64,000 nt of DNA from Neovahlkampfia damariscottae. Taxonomy: Eukaryota. Numbering within the stretch: the first letter of the stretch is position 1; each line of letters opens with the position of its first letter. The stretch covers positions 62,001-126,000 of the forward strand of contig JABLTG010000015.1 in assembly GCA_016618085.1 (NCBI GenBank), read 5' to 3'. Below are positions 24,092 to 36,880 of the stretch, piece by piece. Both the position numbers and the translations under genes were made by a program. The notes under the pieces were generated by a model. That model made no database searches. It was not told the DNA's origin and worked only from the letters and a program-made list of their open reading frames with translations.

Positions 24092-24910
24092 TTATTCATC
24101 TGTATATTCAATAACTGATGTAGAATCTAAATTCAAAGTGTTTTGTTCATAATCCATTGAAGCTGTTTCACAAGCTTGTGCACAAAGTGCAATAGCAATA
24201 GGCATTTTTTGTGGTACAGCTCTTTTAAAAAATGGGGCACAAGGACAGTATTGAAAAGAATCTAATTCAATTTTATGAATCATTTCGTCAAATATATGTG
24301 TTGCTTTCTCTTTAATCTTCTTGAAATCCTCAACTCCAAATTTTTTGCAGAATTTTTTGCTATCTCTTTTGAGTTCTTTTTGAAACTTTCTTCTCAACTT
24401 GTGCAATTCTGTTGAGTTAATTTTTTTTCTTCCATGACATATTTCTTGATATTGACGATAAATTTTTTTGAAAACTTTGCCTAACACTTCCTGTATTCTT
24501 TTGGCGTATTTTTTAATTTTTTGAGAAACTGCTTGAAAGATAAATTTGTTGGTCAGCACCAAATGTAAAGAAGCAATTTGGATTCTACTTTTGACATAAT
24601 CTGTGATGGAATATCTTTTACTACACATGCTTTTCCAAATGCTTTGAACATAATCTGAAGCAAATGAAAATCGTCTCGTGAGACGCGATTTGGACATGGA
24701 GTCTTTTGTTAAATCAAAGAAAACGGATTTTCCACATGGGCACTTCATTTCACATGTTGTATTTGGATCACATTGTCCAGAAAGAATAGTTTCTTCATTG
24801 ATTTCAGACTCTTCAAGCACTTCAGCGATACCTGCACATTCAACTGGTGTACTTACGGCAAAGTATAATAAAGCAAACAGTAGCAAACAAACATTTTTGG
24901 AAAAAAACAT
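24092..24910 (-). CDS. Secreted Cys-rich helical protein, paralog A
   Basis: Signal peptide and Cys pattern shared with 25276-26049. Confidence 0.75.
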   Translation of the reverse strand: MFFSKNVCLLLFALLYFAVSTPVECAGIAEVLEESEINEETILSGQCDPNTTCEMKCPCGKSVFFDLTKDSMSKSRLTRRFSFASDYVQSIWKSMCSKRYSITDYVKSRIQIASLHLVLTNKFIFQAVSQKIKKYAKRIQEVLGKVFKKIYRQYQEICHGRKKINSTELHKLRRKFQKELKRDSKKFCKKFGVEDFKKIKEKATHIFDEMIHKIELDSFQYCPCAPFFKRAVPQKMPIAIALCAQACETASMDYEQNTLNLDSTSVIEYTDE

Positions 24911-25275
24911 GGAAATTAGGAAATTTGACCAATGAGAATTTTTGTTAAACTTATTAACCAATGAAAAGAAAGAATGGTTTGGATGGATGGAAAATTACTG
25001 GTGAATTCCTTAAAACTTGGTTTGTGCGAAAGTTCATTGAAGTTTCTATTTCAGGGATTTGAAAAATAAAATTCCTGTTTTTAATAAATTTGGATAGCAA
25101 TTCAAGGTGTTCCCGTGAGCCAATTATTATTAGGTATTTTTAAATCTTTGATTTTTCAAGACAAATTAGTTTAAAGAGTTCCACACTACTTTTTCCAGTG
25201 TTGTTCCAAAAAAACAGTATTTTTCTAGACTATTTCCAGCAAGGAAAACGATCAAAAAATAAAACGAAATCTATT

Positions 25276-26049
25276 TTATTCTTCCATGTATTCATCAGAT
25301 TCTGTTTCAAATTCGAGAGTTGAAGAACGACAAGCTTTTACACAAGACATTTTAGCTCCAAGATATCTGAGATATGAAGTTCTTTTCAAGAATCCAGTAC
25401 AATCACAATACTCAAATCCACCTGAGTTAATACGATCAACGAATCTTTTAAAAATGGCTTTTGCATGTTTTTTAAGTTGTTTAAAGTTTGGGTATCTTTT
25501 GAAGGCAAATGATCTAAATGCAAGTTGAACTTTGAATACTGTTTTTAAAACCCACATTTGAATTCTTCCAATTCTTTTTCCACCATGACAAAGTTGTTTG
25601 TATCGTTTATAAATCTTTTTGAAAACACCTCCCAAAAGGTTAACTATTCTGGTTTTAATGACAATTTTTTCCCATCTACTTCTGATTCTAGAAGCAAATC
25701 CCTTTCTTTTTGAGTTGACAAGACTTTGTGCTGCTTTGTTGATTTCATTGGAGACAAAATTTGTGACGGAGATTTTTTTGGAACAATATTGTCTCCAAAT
25801 TCTTTGGGTACTTGAATATCTCCACTTTCTGTGTTTTGACATGTCAAAGTAAAGTAACTTTCCACATTTGCATTTTAAAGTACATGTTGAGTTTGGATCA
25901 CATTCTTCAGCAAGGACACCTACCTCACTAATTTCTGCTTCATTTCCAACTTCTAAAGCATTAACTTTACCTGCGCATCGTGATGGAGATGCTACAGCGA
26001 AACTGACAAGAACAAGCAATAGGACAATGAAGGCTGAAGAATGAGTCAT
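25276..26049 (-). CDS. Secreted Cys-rich basic protein, paralog B
   Basis: Signal peptide. CDPN.TC..KC.CGK, LG.VFKKIY..Y...CHG and YC.C..F.KR are shared with paralog A. Confidence 0.78.
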   Translation of the reverse strand: MTHSSAFIVLLLVLVSFAVASPSRCAGKVNALEVGNEAEISEVGVLAEECDPNSTCTLKCKCGKLLYFDMSKHRKWRYSSTQRIWRQYCSKKISVTNFVSNEINKAAQSLVNSKRKGFASRIRSRWEKIVIKTRIVNLLGGVFKKIYKRYKQLCHGGKRIGRIQMWVLKTVFKVQLAFRSFAFKRYPNFKQLKKHAKAIFKRFVDRINSGGFEYCDCTGFLKRTSYLRYLGAKMSCVKACRSSTLEFETESDEYMEE

Positions 26050-26242
26050 AATTTAAGGTAATTGGCCAATCATTCAATTTCCAAATGAATTTATCCAATC
26101 AAACTGACTTCCACATTATTTTGCTTTTCATTTTAAATTCATTTTTGAAGAAAAATCCAAATTTTACCTTTCAGAAATAGACACTTTCTAAACTAAAAGA
26201 ACATCCAATCAAAACAACTCAACATCTTCCAACAGAAACAAC

Positions 26243-26691
26243 ATGAAGTTGTTGCTTCTTTTTTTATTTTTCACAATAGCCTATACAAAAAACTCTGTAC
26301 AAAATGAGTTCATACAAATTAAACTGAACGAACCATATGAATTTCCAAGTAAAAATAAAAAAAAAAAAATTAAAAAGTCAAAAAAGCACATGCAAATCAA
26401 CCTGTAAAATTTGAAGTCCACCTGGCAGACAGTCCAGATACAAAAGCTCTTTCTATTAGAATTGTAGATGGTTTTAGTCATCCACCAAGTTGTCTACAAG
26501 AGACTCATTTAAACGTAACATATACAAAACAAGAAGTTACAACTAAACCAATTTGGGGTGTAGATAATAGTTGTACATCAATAACCTCATCAACAATACC
26601 TCCATTTATCCCAAAAGATCATTATTATTTAGGTTTTGAAACTTATCAAAATTATGAAGGTTTAATTATCATTGTGCACAATTTAGAATAA
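26243..26691 (+). CDS. Small secreted protein, 139 aa (absent from the ORF track)
   Basis: MKLLLLFLFFTIAYT signal peptide. Intron 26349-26377 restores an open frame to TAA 26691. Confidence 0.75.
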
Positions 26692-26695
26692 AATT

Positions 26696-28188
<1,493 letters not shown>

Positions 28189-28267
28189 TTTTTTCAGTTG
28201 GCCAATTGAAAATAGATCTACATAATTGGTTAAAATTTATTTTTTGTTTTTTTGGGTATTTGAGTGT

Positions 28268-28774
28268 TTAAATCAATAAATCATCATCTAATTTTGTTTC
28301 ATTATCAAATTCATTTGTTTCCTTCTCCAAAAATTCATCATCTTCAATTAATTTTTTCATTTTTTTATTAAAGAAATTTGCTATTAAAAATAATAGCCAG
28401 TGTGTGATAAAAAATACAAAATTTAAAATTAATTCATAAACTATCCAAAATTCAATTGTTTTTATGATTATTTGAATGACCATTAAAATTATAAAATTTA
28501 AAAGAAATAAAATACATAATACACCATGAAAAAAAAACCAAAATTTAAGTGTGGATAAATTTTCTTTTTTGTAATGAATAAAATGAAATCCTATTCCAAT
28601 TGTATTCGTGATATATAAATAATAACCAAGAGGAACAAAAATGTAAATTAAATAAATTGAGAAATATTTAAAAATTGGTAGAAGAGAAAGTGTTATCATT
28701 GATATTAGTTGTAGAATGTATAATACTATGCCCATCTTTCTAATTCGAGGATTTCTTTGGATTTGTGAACTCAT
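28268..28774 (-). CDS. Small 4-TM membrane protein
   Basis: Four hydrophobic segments and an acidic tail ending in DDDLLI. Confidence 0.65.
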   Translation of the reverse strand: MSSQIQRNPRIRKMGIVLYILQLISMITLSLLPIFKYFSIYLIYIFVPLGYYLYITNTIGIGFHFIHYKKENLSTLKFWFFFHGVLCILFLLNFIILMVIQIIIKTIEFWIVYELILNFVFFITHWLLFLIANFFNKKMKKLIEDDEFLEKETNEFDNETKLDDDLLI

Positions 28775-28952
28775 TTTGATGAAGAATAATTTGGTTGGTT
28801 GATTTTCTAACAATTCATTGGTCAATCAATAGACCAATTAAGATGTTCTCTTCTTTATTGGTTAACATTTTCCCGCCTTTTTAACGCTGTAGAGATTTAA
28901 GAGCCAATGAAACTGACTCAACAACCAAAAAAAAAAAAACAGAGAACATAGC

Positions 28953-29240
28953 ATGTCAGAAGAACTTAGAATTTTAATTCAAGAAGATGAATACGTAGAT
29001 AGTGGACTTGATGAAAGTTTTGTTGATGACCAACAAGTTGACGATGAAGATTTTGTCATTCATGAACCTGTAGTTGTACCAGAAGGATATAAAAGAGTTG
29101 ATCTCAAAGCACCAACAGAATTATTTACTTTAGTCGGAGAACTTGTAGAAGATGATGAAAGTGATGGAAATTACGAAGTTTCAGAAGACGACGAACATGA
29201 TTCAGAAGATGACATGGACGAAGAAGAAGAAGAATTATAA
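28953..29240 (+). CDS. Small highly acidic protein
   Basis: 95-aa D/E-rich ORF downstream of a CCAAT box. Confidence 0.7.
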   Translation: MSEELRILIQEDEYVDSGLDESFVDDQQVDDEDFVIHEPVVVPEGYKRVDLKAPTELFTLVGELVEDDESDGNYEVSEDDEHDSEDDMDEEEEEL

Positions 29241-29453
29241 ATTCATAAATATTCATCATTTCTGAACATTATTCTTTTCAAAACATAAAAAAAACTCCAA
29301 TTTTCTAAATGTTTTTTTTCAGTCTCTTTGTTATCAATTACCTCCATGAACATTTCTTAGAGCAAGAATAATGCTGAAAAAGACGTTTTGAATTTTTTGT
29401 TTATCTATAACAGAAGGTTTTTTTGACCAATCATTGTCTCGTTGCCTTCAAAT

Positions 29454-31154
29454 ATGAAACAGTACATCAGACTCGTCAAGTCCATCAGCAAACTTCCAAC
29501 TGAAGTGAATATTAGATTCTATTCAAAGTTCAGTCAGAAATTTGCATCAAAAAGGAACTCTGTGGCACCAAGATCTCCATCAACTGACTCATCTTATATT
29601 CCAGTTGAACAAACACTTTTTGAATTGTTTCAAAAACACGCACCTGCTGAAGAAAAAATGTATGACAATGTTGATGTAAAAGTTCAAGGAGTACTTGATG
29701 CACCTACACCAATTAAAGATTTGAAAGAAGCAAATTTTGCTCCAACTATACTTTTCAACGCATCAAAAGTTGGAATTACAAGATTAACACCAATACAAAA
29801 ACATTCTTTTCCAATTGTTGAACTTGGTAAAGATATTATGGTAACTTTTTGTAATTTGTTAACTTTTTCCATCAAGGCATGCAGTCAAACCGGTTCAGGA
29901 AAAACCCTTGCATTTTTATTACCAATGCTAAATAGTATAATACAATCAAAAGTAATGAAAAGACATAAAGTTTTGCCTGTAGGAATAATCATTGCACCGA
30001 CAAGAGAGTTAGGTAAATTCCAAATTTTTTTTAATTTTGTTTCAAAAGCAAATCAAATTTATGATGAATGTAGAAAATTTTCAAGTGGAACTAAAGTAAA
30101 ATCATGTGTTGCATTTGGTGGTGTTTCAATCAATTCACAAATTAATCAAATTCAAAGAGGATGTGATATTTTAATAGGAACTCCGGGTAGAATTAAAGAT
30201 TTATTACTTAGAGGAATAACATCATTATCTGGTGTTAAATATGGTTTGAAAAAAAACACTTTTAAATTTTTCTTTACAGTTGTACTTGATGAAGCTGACA
30301 GAATGTTAGACATGGGTTTTGAAAAAGATATAAGAGGAATTCTATCAGATGAATTTGAAATACCTTCAGCATCACAAAGAACAACTTTATTATTTTCAGC
30401 TACATTTCCAGATTCTATTCGCCATTTAGCTCAAGACTTCTTGAAAGATGATCATTTCTTCATTAGTGTTGGAAGAGTTGGAGGAACAACAGATTTGATC
30501 GACCAACAATTTGTACGTTCAAGACCATTTGAAAAAATTGAAAAACTCGAAGAAATCATTCAAAATGGTCAAAAAACTTTAATTTTTGTAAATTCAAAAG
30601 TGGATGCGAATTCATTGGAAGAAACTTTATCTAAAAGACATAGAGTCACAAGTATTCACGGAGATAAATCACAAAGACAAAGAGATATAGCTCTTTTTGA
30701 ATTTAAAAATCAAAAAGTTGATATTTTAGTCGCAACTGATGTCGCAAGTCGTGGTTTAGATATCAATGATATTGAATTAGTTGTGAATTATGAATTACCA
30801 AAAGAAATTGATTCATATGTTCATCGAATTGGTCGTACTGGAAGAAAAGGAAAGACTGGAAAAGCTATTAGTTTAGTTTCTCAATTTGATCCTGTTTTAA
30901 AAGATTTAATGGAGTTATTACAACAAAATAAAGATACTGAAATACCATCTTGGTTATCAGGTTTTGTTGAAAACAAAAGACCTCAAAAAACTTTTGGAAG
31001 TCAAAGAAACAGTTTTAGGAGTGAAAGAAATTCATACAAAAAAAGAGACAATTTTCAATCAAACCGAAAAGATAATTTTAGATCTAGATCCAATAAGGAA
31101 GATAAGTATGATTCTGAAAGAATTAGTTACAATGCAAGAAGAGGAAAATACTAA
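29454..31154 (+). CDS. DEAD-box RNA helicase (DDX3/Ded1/Vasa-like), probably mitochondrial
   Basis: TPIQ, SQTGSGKT, PTREL, TPGR, DEAD, SAT and HRIGRTGR, with three 36-nt introns and a basic N-terminal presequence. Confidence 0.93.
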   Translation: MKQYIRLVKSISKLPTEVNIRFYSKFSQKFASKRNSVAPRSPSTDSSYIPVEQTLFELFQKHAPAEEKMYDNVDVKVQGVLDAPTPIKDLKEANFAPTILFNASKVGITRLTPIQKHSFPIVELGKDIMVTFCNLLTFSIKACSQTGSGKTLAFLLPMLNSIIQSKVMKRHKVLPVGIIIAPTRELGKFQIFFNFVSKANQIYDECRKFSSGTKVKSCVAFGGVSINSQINQIQRGCDILIGTPGRIKDLLLRGITSLSGVKYGLKKNTFKFFFTVVLDEADRMLDMGFEKDIRGILSDEFEIPSASQRTTLLFSATFPDSIRHLAQDFLKDDHFFISVGRVGGTTDLIDQQFVRSRPFEKIEKLEEIIQNGQKTLIFVNSKVDANSLEETLSKRHRVTSIHGDKSQRQRDIALFEFKNQKVDILVATDVASRGLDINDIELVVNYELPKEIDSYVHRIGRTGRKGKTGKAISLVSQFDPVLKDLMELLQQNKDTEIPSWLSGFVENKRPQKTFGSQRNSFRSERNSYKKRDNFQSNRKDNFRSRSNKEDKYDSERISYNARRGKY

Positions 31155-31183
31155 CTTTTTGAAATAAAAAAATTCTATTTTTT

Positions 31184-31451
31184 TTAAACCCATTTTACGA
31201 CATATCCTGTATGATTTATGTTATACTCTTTTAGTTTTTTTTGATAGTCAACTTCTTTTCCAAGATACAGTCTTTTGTTTTAGTTTTTTTTTTTTTACAT
31301 TTTTGTGCCTGGTGATGAGGAGAGTCGAATAACTTCATCTTTAATTTCTTGAAAAGTTGAAACTGATTCACATTCTATGAATAATATTTTTCCTGTTGTA
31401 TGTACAAATATTTGCTGATGAAGTTTTTAACATTTGTTTTGTTCTTACCAT
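31184..31451 (-). CDS. Ubiquitin-like protein, 68 aa (absent from the ORF track)
   Basis: Exon 1 is ATG only; introns 31415-31448 and 31272-31298. Product MQIFVHTTGKILFIECESVSTFQEIKDEVIRLSSSPGTKILYLGKEVDYQKKLKEYNINHTGYVVKWV. Confidence 0.75.
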
Positions 31452-31728
31452 TTTTTTTTGTCAATATCATTGGACAAAAAATGCTCCAAACAATTTGAGA
31501 AATAGTGATTTCAATTTTGTTTCCAATCTCTTATTTGTTATCCTTAACATCTTTCTGAACCAATTCAAATTGTTTGAAACTTTTAGACAGTTTTATGAAC
31601 ATTTTCAAAAGATTTAAAGAGTCAATGGTTCAATATTCCTTCAAATTCATCGATTTTACTTTTTTGTTGTGAAATAATCAACCAATTAGATTTTGATTTT
31701 TACACCAATCACTTCCATCTTCGATTGA

Positions 31729-33269
31729 ATGTCGTCAAGCAACACTAAGAAGACGATTAGTTACTTCTATGATAGTAAACAAACTAAAAAAACGAAAAAT
31801 TAAAAACTAGGTGATGTTGGTAACTACTACTATGGTCAAGGACATCCTATGAAACCTCATCGTATGAAAATGACTCATAATCTTTTATTGAACTATGGTC
31901 TTTATACAAAAATGAAAATCTATGTAAGTTATCCTTTAAAATTAAAAAAAACTAACTCCTTTTCAACAGAGACCACATCCAACAACGGATCAAGAAATGA
32001 CCAGATTCCATTCAGACGATTATATCGATTTTTTGAAAAGAATTACACCTGATAACATGCATGAGTACTCAAGACAATTACAAAAATTTAATGTTGGTGA
32101 AGATTGTCCTGTTTTTGATGGTCTTTTTGAGTTTTGTCAAATTAGTGCTGGAGGTTCTATTGGAGGTGCTGTAAAACTTAATCATAAACAAACTGATATA
32201 GCCATCAATTGGTCTGGTGGTTTACATCATGCAAAGAAATCTGAAGCTTCTGGTTTTTGTTATGTCAACGACATTGTTCTTGCTATACTTGAACTTTTGA
32301 AGTAAGAAAAAAAAAAAGGATGAAATTTATTCTTACAGATATCACCCACGTGTATTATATATCGATATAGATGTGCATCATGGAGATGGAGTTGAAGAAG
32401 CGTTTTATACAACTGATAGAGTCATGACAGTTTCTTTTCATAAATATGGAGATTATTTTCCAGGAACTGGTGATATAAAAGATATTGGAGCAGGTCAAGG
32501 AAAATATTGTACAGTTAATGTACCTCTAAAAGATGGAATTGATGATGATAGTTATAAATCAATTTTTAGACCTGTTATTGGCAAAGTTATGGAAGTTTTT
32601 AAACCAAGTGCTGTTGTTTTACAATGTGGTGCAGATTCATTAACAGGAGATCGTCTTGGATGTTTTAATCTTACAATTAAAGGACATGCTGATTGTATTG
32701 AATATGTCAAGAGTTTTGATTTACCTTTACTTGTTTTAGGAGGTGGTGGATACACTATTAGAAATGTTTCACGTTGTTGGGCTTATGAAACATCAATTTT
32801 AGTGAACGAAAGTTTATCCAATGAATTACCTTACAATGATTATTTTGAATATTATGGACCTGATTATAGATTACATATACCTGCAAGTAATATGACAAAT
32901 CTTAATTCACGTGAATATTTGACTGCACAAAGGAATACAATTCTCGAAAACTTAAGACAGTTAAAGGGTGCTCCAAGTGTTCAAATGCAAGAAGTACCAC
33001 CTGATACTTATTTTGAAGAATCAGATGAAGATGAAATGGATCCTGATGTCAGAGAACCAAATCAAATTAAAGATAAATTGGTTGATAAAACAGAAGAATT
33101 TTATCAAAATGAATTTGATATTGATAAAGGAAGTAAACAAGAAGAAAAAGAAGAAAAAATTGAATTAGTTGAAACTATACAACCAAAAACAAATTTGATT
33201 CCTGTGGTAGAAGAAAAGAAAATAGAAGAAAAAAAAGAAACAATTGATCAAATGGAAATTGAAGAATAA
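31729..33269 (+). CDS. HDAC1: Class I histone deacetylase (RPD3/HDAC1)
   Basis: [35 protein letters not shown] and GGGGY. Confidence 0.97.
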
Positions 33270-33363
33270 ATATTTTAAAAACTGAGTTTCGAATCCTTGT
33301 TCTTGAACATTTTTTTTAAAGCCAAAAATTTAAGTGGGTACAAAAAAAATCTTCGGTCAACCG

Positions 33364-35472
33364 ATGACGATGAAAAAAACAACAAAGGATGAGATAATAA
33401 CAAAACTTTTGAATCATGCTGATGTTAGAAATGAGAAGGATGATTATATGAAAGGTGTCATTTTAGTTTTAAATTATTCAAAACAAGAAAAAATCTCAAA
33501 ACAAAAATTGTTAATTTTTTAAATCTTAACCGAAAAACGTTAAGAAACAAAGTTTGGCATTACTTAAATGGATTTACAGATGGAACTCTCAAAGATAGTA
33601 GATACTTGAATCTTGATGAAGAAGTATTGGTGGAAGAGATAAAAGAAATGGAAAAACAATACAAATATTATGAATTTGAAGACCTTGAATTTAGAGTAAA
33701 AATAATAAATAATAACATAAATTTAGGCGTATATAATGAAGATAGTTCGTCAAAGTTTTGCTTTAGAAGAAATGATTCAACATTACTAATGGAAAATTGA
33801 AAACTTTGAAGCTCCTACCAAAGGATGGATTGAAACATTTTTGACAAGACATAACTTAAAAGCCATTGCTAAAACTCCACTCAATCGAAAGAGATTTGAA
33901 AATGGGAACGCCACAGCCATCAAAGGTTGGTTTCTGAAAACTGATCCAAATGACAAAAAAAAAAAAATTCCTTCTTGGGCAATATTTAATGCTGACGAAA
34001 CTATAGTTGCATGGAAGGACAAGTTTAAAGTAATATGTTCTCGTGGAACAAAACAAGCTATTGTTGCAATAGATAAAGATACTGAACATGTTACATTTAT
34101 GGTGACAATTTCTGTCCATACGCTATTTTTCATTTTAAAACTATTTCAGGAATACTTGACCAATTTTTGAGTAAAAAATCAACCAAGAATTGATAAAACC
34201 TGAAGCTTGAAAATATAACAAATGTAAGTTTTTGTTAAACTTTTGATTTATTTAAACCTTTTTTTCTTAGCAACAGCAAATTATATGTTTAAAAATACAA
34301 TAATTTTGAAGTATAATAAGTTTTAAAGATATTTGTTTTACAGAAGTGTCTGTGACATATAACTTTACAAATTTTTATTTTATTTTCCAATAAATTTATG
34401 GTGTTCATGATTGGTCTGTTTATTCAAACAAATTGATGGTCAAAAGAAAACAACTCCAAATAACCACTTAGGTAATGATGTTACAACATCACTTAAATGT
34501 GCAATAATTCCATTTCTATCTTGAAAAATATGTGATTTTGTTTTAGTTGTTGCTGATGCAGATATTTGATGATAAGTTGTTCCTCCGTTGTCATATATTC
34601 TAATAGCACCATTTTGAGTAACATATTTTCGTTTTATAATACATTCTTGATCAAATATTAATTGTCGATTAACACATATTAACGAAAAACAACATCCAAT
34701 CACTCGATCTTGCACACATACTTCTACTCCATTGTGCATCACCTTCAAAATCAACATGATCATCATTTTTCATTAAATATCGAACAGTTCTCATCATTTT
34801 ATTTACTTTTTCTGTACTCCAATTTAAAATCGATTCTGAATGTTGATATAAAATTTTTAAAGAATGAATTGGAATATTCATTGCATTACAAAAATGTTCC
34901 AATAAAGATATTTCTAAACCACAAATTGTTCAAGCAGCAACCAATAACAACACCATTTTAGATTGAGTGCCATACTGGATTTCTGAAGTATTCTATATGA
35001 ATCGATGTCTTTGAGTGCAACAACAAGAATAAGAAACAGCATTTCCTACTTGATTTTTAATTTGATGTTTTAAAGGAACCAATTCAAGACAGGTTAGACA
35101 TGAAAAGATTGGTAAAAAGTTGTTTGGACGCTTTAAGAGTATCAACCACAAATGAAAATATATCAAAAGGGTTTCAAAAGACTGGATTGTACCCAAGAGA
35201 TGTTAACCAACCTCTCCAAAGTCACTAGGTTGTTGATGATGTAAGTTTAGAAATCGAACCAAAAAAAAAGAAAAAGAGTTTCAATGGAAAACAAAGCGTT
35301 GACTTTTGAAGATGTAACTAAAGAGTTTCAAGAGGAAGAACAAAAGAAAAAAAAAACAAAAACCAACTCTTCAAAGAAACCAAAAAAAAAAAAAGAAAAA
35401 AAAGAATCAAAAATTTCAAACTCAACAACAGCTTTGATACAACCACAACCAATTAAAATTCAAGGTAAATAA
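33364..35472 (+). mobile_element. Degenerate pogo/Tigger-like (CENP-B HTH + DDE_1) transposase relic
   Basis: PTKGWIETFLTRH, AIFNADET, HVTFMVTIS, later NISKGFQKTGLYP and a Lys-rich tail. It has stops and lacks the middle of the catalytic core. Confidence 0.72.
34440..34960 (-). mobile_element. Frameshifted Kolobok/Mutator-like transposase fragment nested in the pogo relic
   Basis: HFCNAMNIP...VDFEGDAQWSRS, then (frameshift) CCFSLIC...LIFDQECIIKR resembles the GDG.W/S..SLID...I.D catalytic region. Confidence 0.5.
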
Positions 35473-35792
35473 CAGTTATTAATATTTTTAATTTTAGTTC
35501 CTCCTGTTTTCAATTCTTGCCTCCACAATTTGCTCATTCACAACCACTCTTTTTACAAGAATTAGGTTCTTCAAAACCACTTTGTTCAGACAATGCTTTA
35601 AAACAATCTTCATTGAAAGAGAAATAGAATACACGAGTTCAATGTTTTTGCTCAACCAAATGCATGAGAATTTTACAAAAATAAAATTTTTTATTGGTCA
35701 GCGGAGAATTTTTTTGTACCCACTTAAATTTTTCGCTTTATCAACTTCAACTTATTTTTCTTATCCAATAGAATTCTTTTTTTTTCAACGTT

Positions 35793-36827
35793 ATGTCCAC
35801 AGAGGCTGAGAAGTTAGAAGAAGGAAATATTTCACCAACACTGGTAAATCTTGATGAAGAAATAGAAGACCATGATTTATTTGCAGAATTATCAGATGAA
35901 GTACCAACACCAAGAGAACAAGTCACCTATGAAGATTATTTTTATTTTACAACACTTGGATGGGTCAGAATAATATCCATTGTGGTTTTTATTGTTGTTG
36001 TATCAGCAGTTACATTTGTATTCAGTGACCAAGTTTTTAATGGTCTTGATGTAAGTCATATTGTTTTTCTTAAAAATCCTCAAGAAACTGTTGGAGTATA
36101 TTCAAAGTTTAGGTATTTTTGGTGTTGCTGTATTCAGTTTATTGTTTATCTTGACCACTATATTTTTCATACCAAGTTTTGTTTTATCACTTTCTGCTGG
36201 TTTTTTGTATCATTATTGGGGCATTCCAATCAATATCATCAGTTCGACTATTGGTTCGGTTGTGGCATTTTTTATTGGAAAAATGCTTTTGCGACAAGAT
36301 GTAGTTTCAAAGTTAAATGGAAGTGCGAAATTTCAAGCGATTGACAGAGCAATTAAACAAAACGGATTCAAAATTATCTTATTACTTCGTTTAATTCCAA
36401 TTACCCCTTTCAACTTTTTAAATTATGTTTTGGGTGTTACAAACATCTCTCCATTATCATTTATTGCAGCAACTTTGCGTAAACAAAAAAATCTGTTTTT
36501 AAAATTTTTTGACCAGTTGGAATGACACCAGAAGTATTGATTCTAGTACATTTAGGAACTTTTGCAAAAAATATTAAATCAATAGTTCAAGGAAAATCAG
36601 GTCCTTCTTGGGGAATTGAGTTAATTTCTTATCTTGGTTCTGCAATTTTAGTTTTTTGTGTTTTCTGCTTCATCATCTGGATAGCCAAAAGAGAATTGAA
36701 AAATTCATTGACTTTTGAAGAAGAGCTGGAACAACATAATCAACACTTGGAAATGATTGATGACGAAGAAGAAGAAGAAGAAGAAGATGTTGATATTGAT
36801 AAATTTTCAAAGAAAGATGATGAATAA
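35793..36827 (+). CDS. TVP38/TMEM64-family (VTT/SNARE-associated) membrane protein
   Basis: IPSFVLSLSAGF, GSVVAF, ILLLRLIPITPFNFLNY; two introns. Confidence 0.9.
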
Positions 36828-36880
36828 AATTTGAATTCAAAATTTGATGGTCTGTTGAATGAAAAATAGTTTATCAATTT

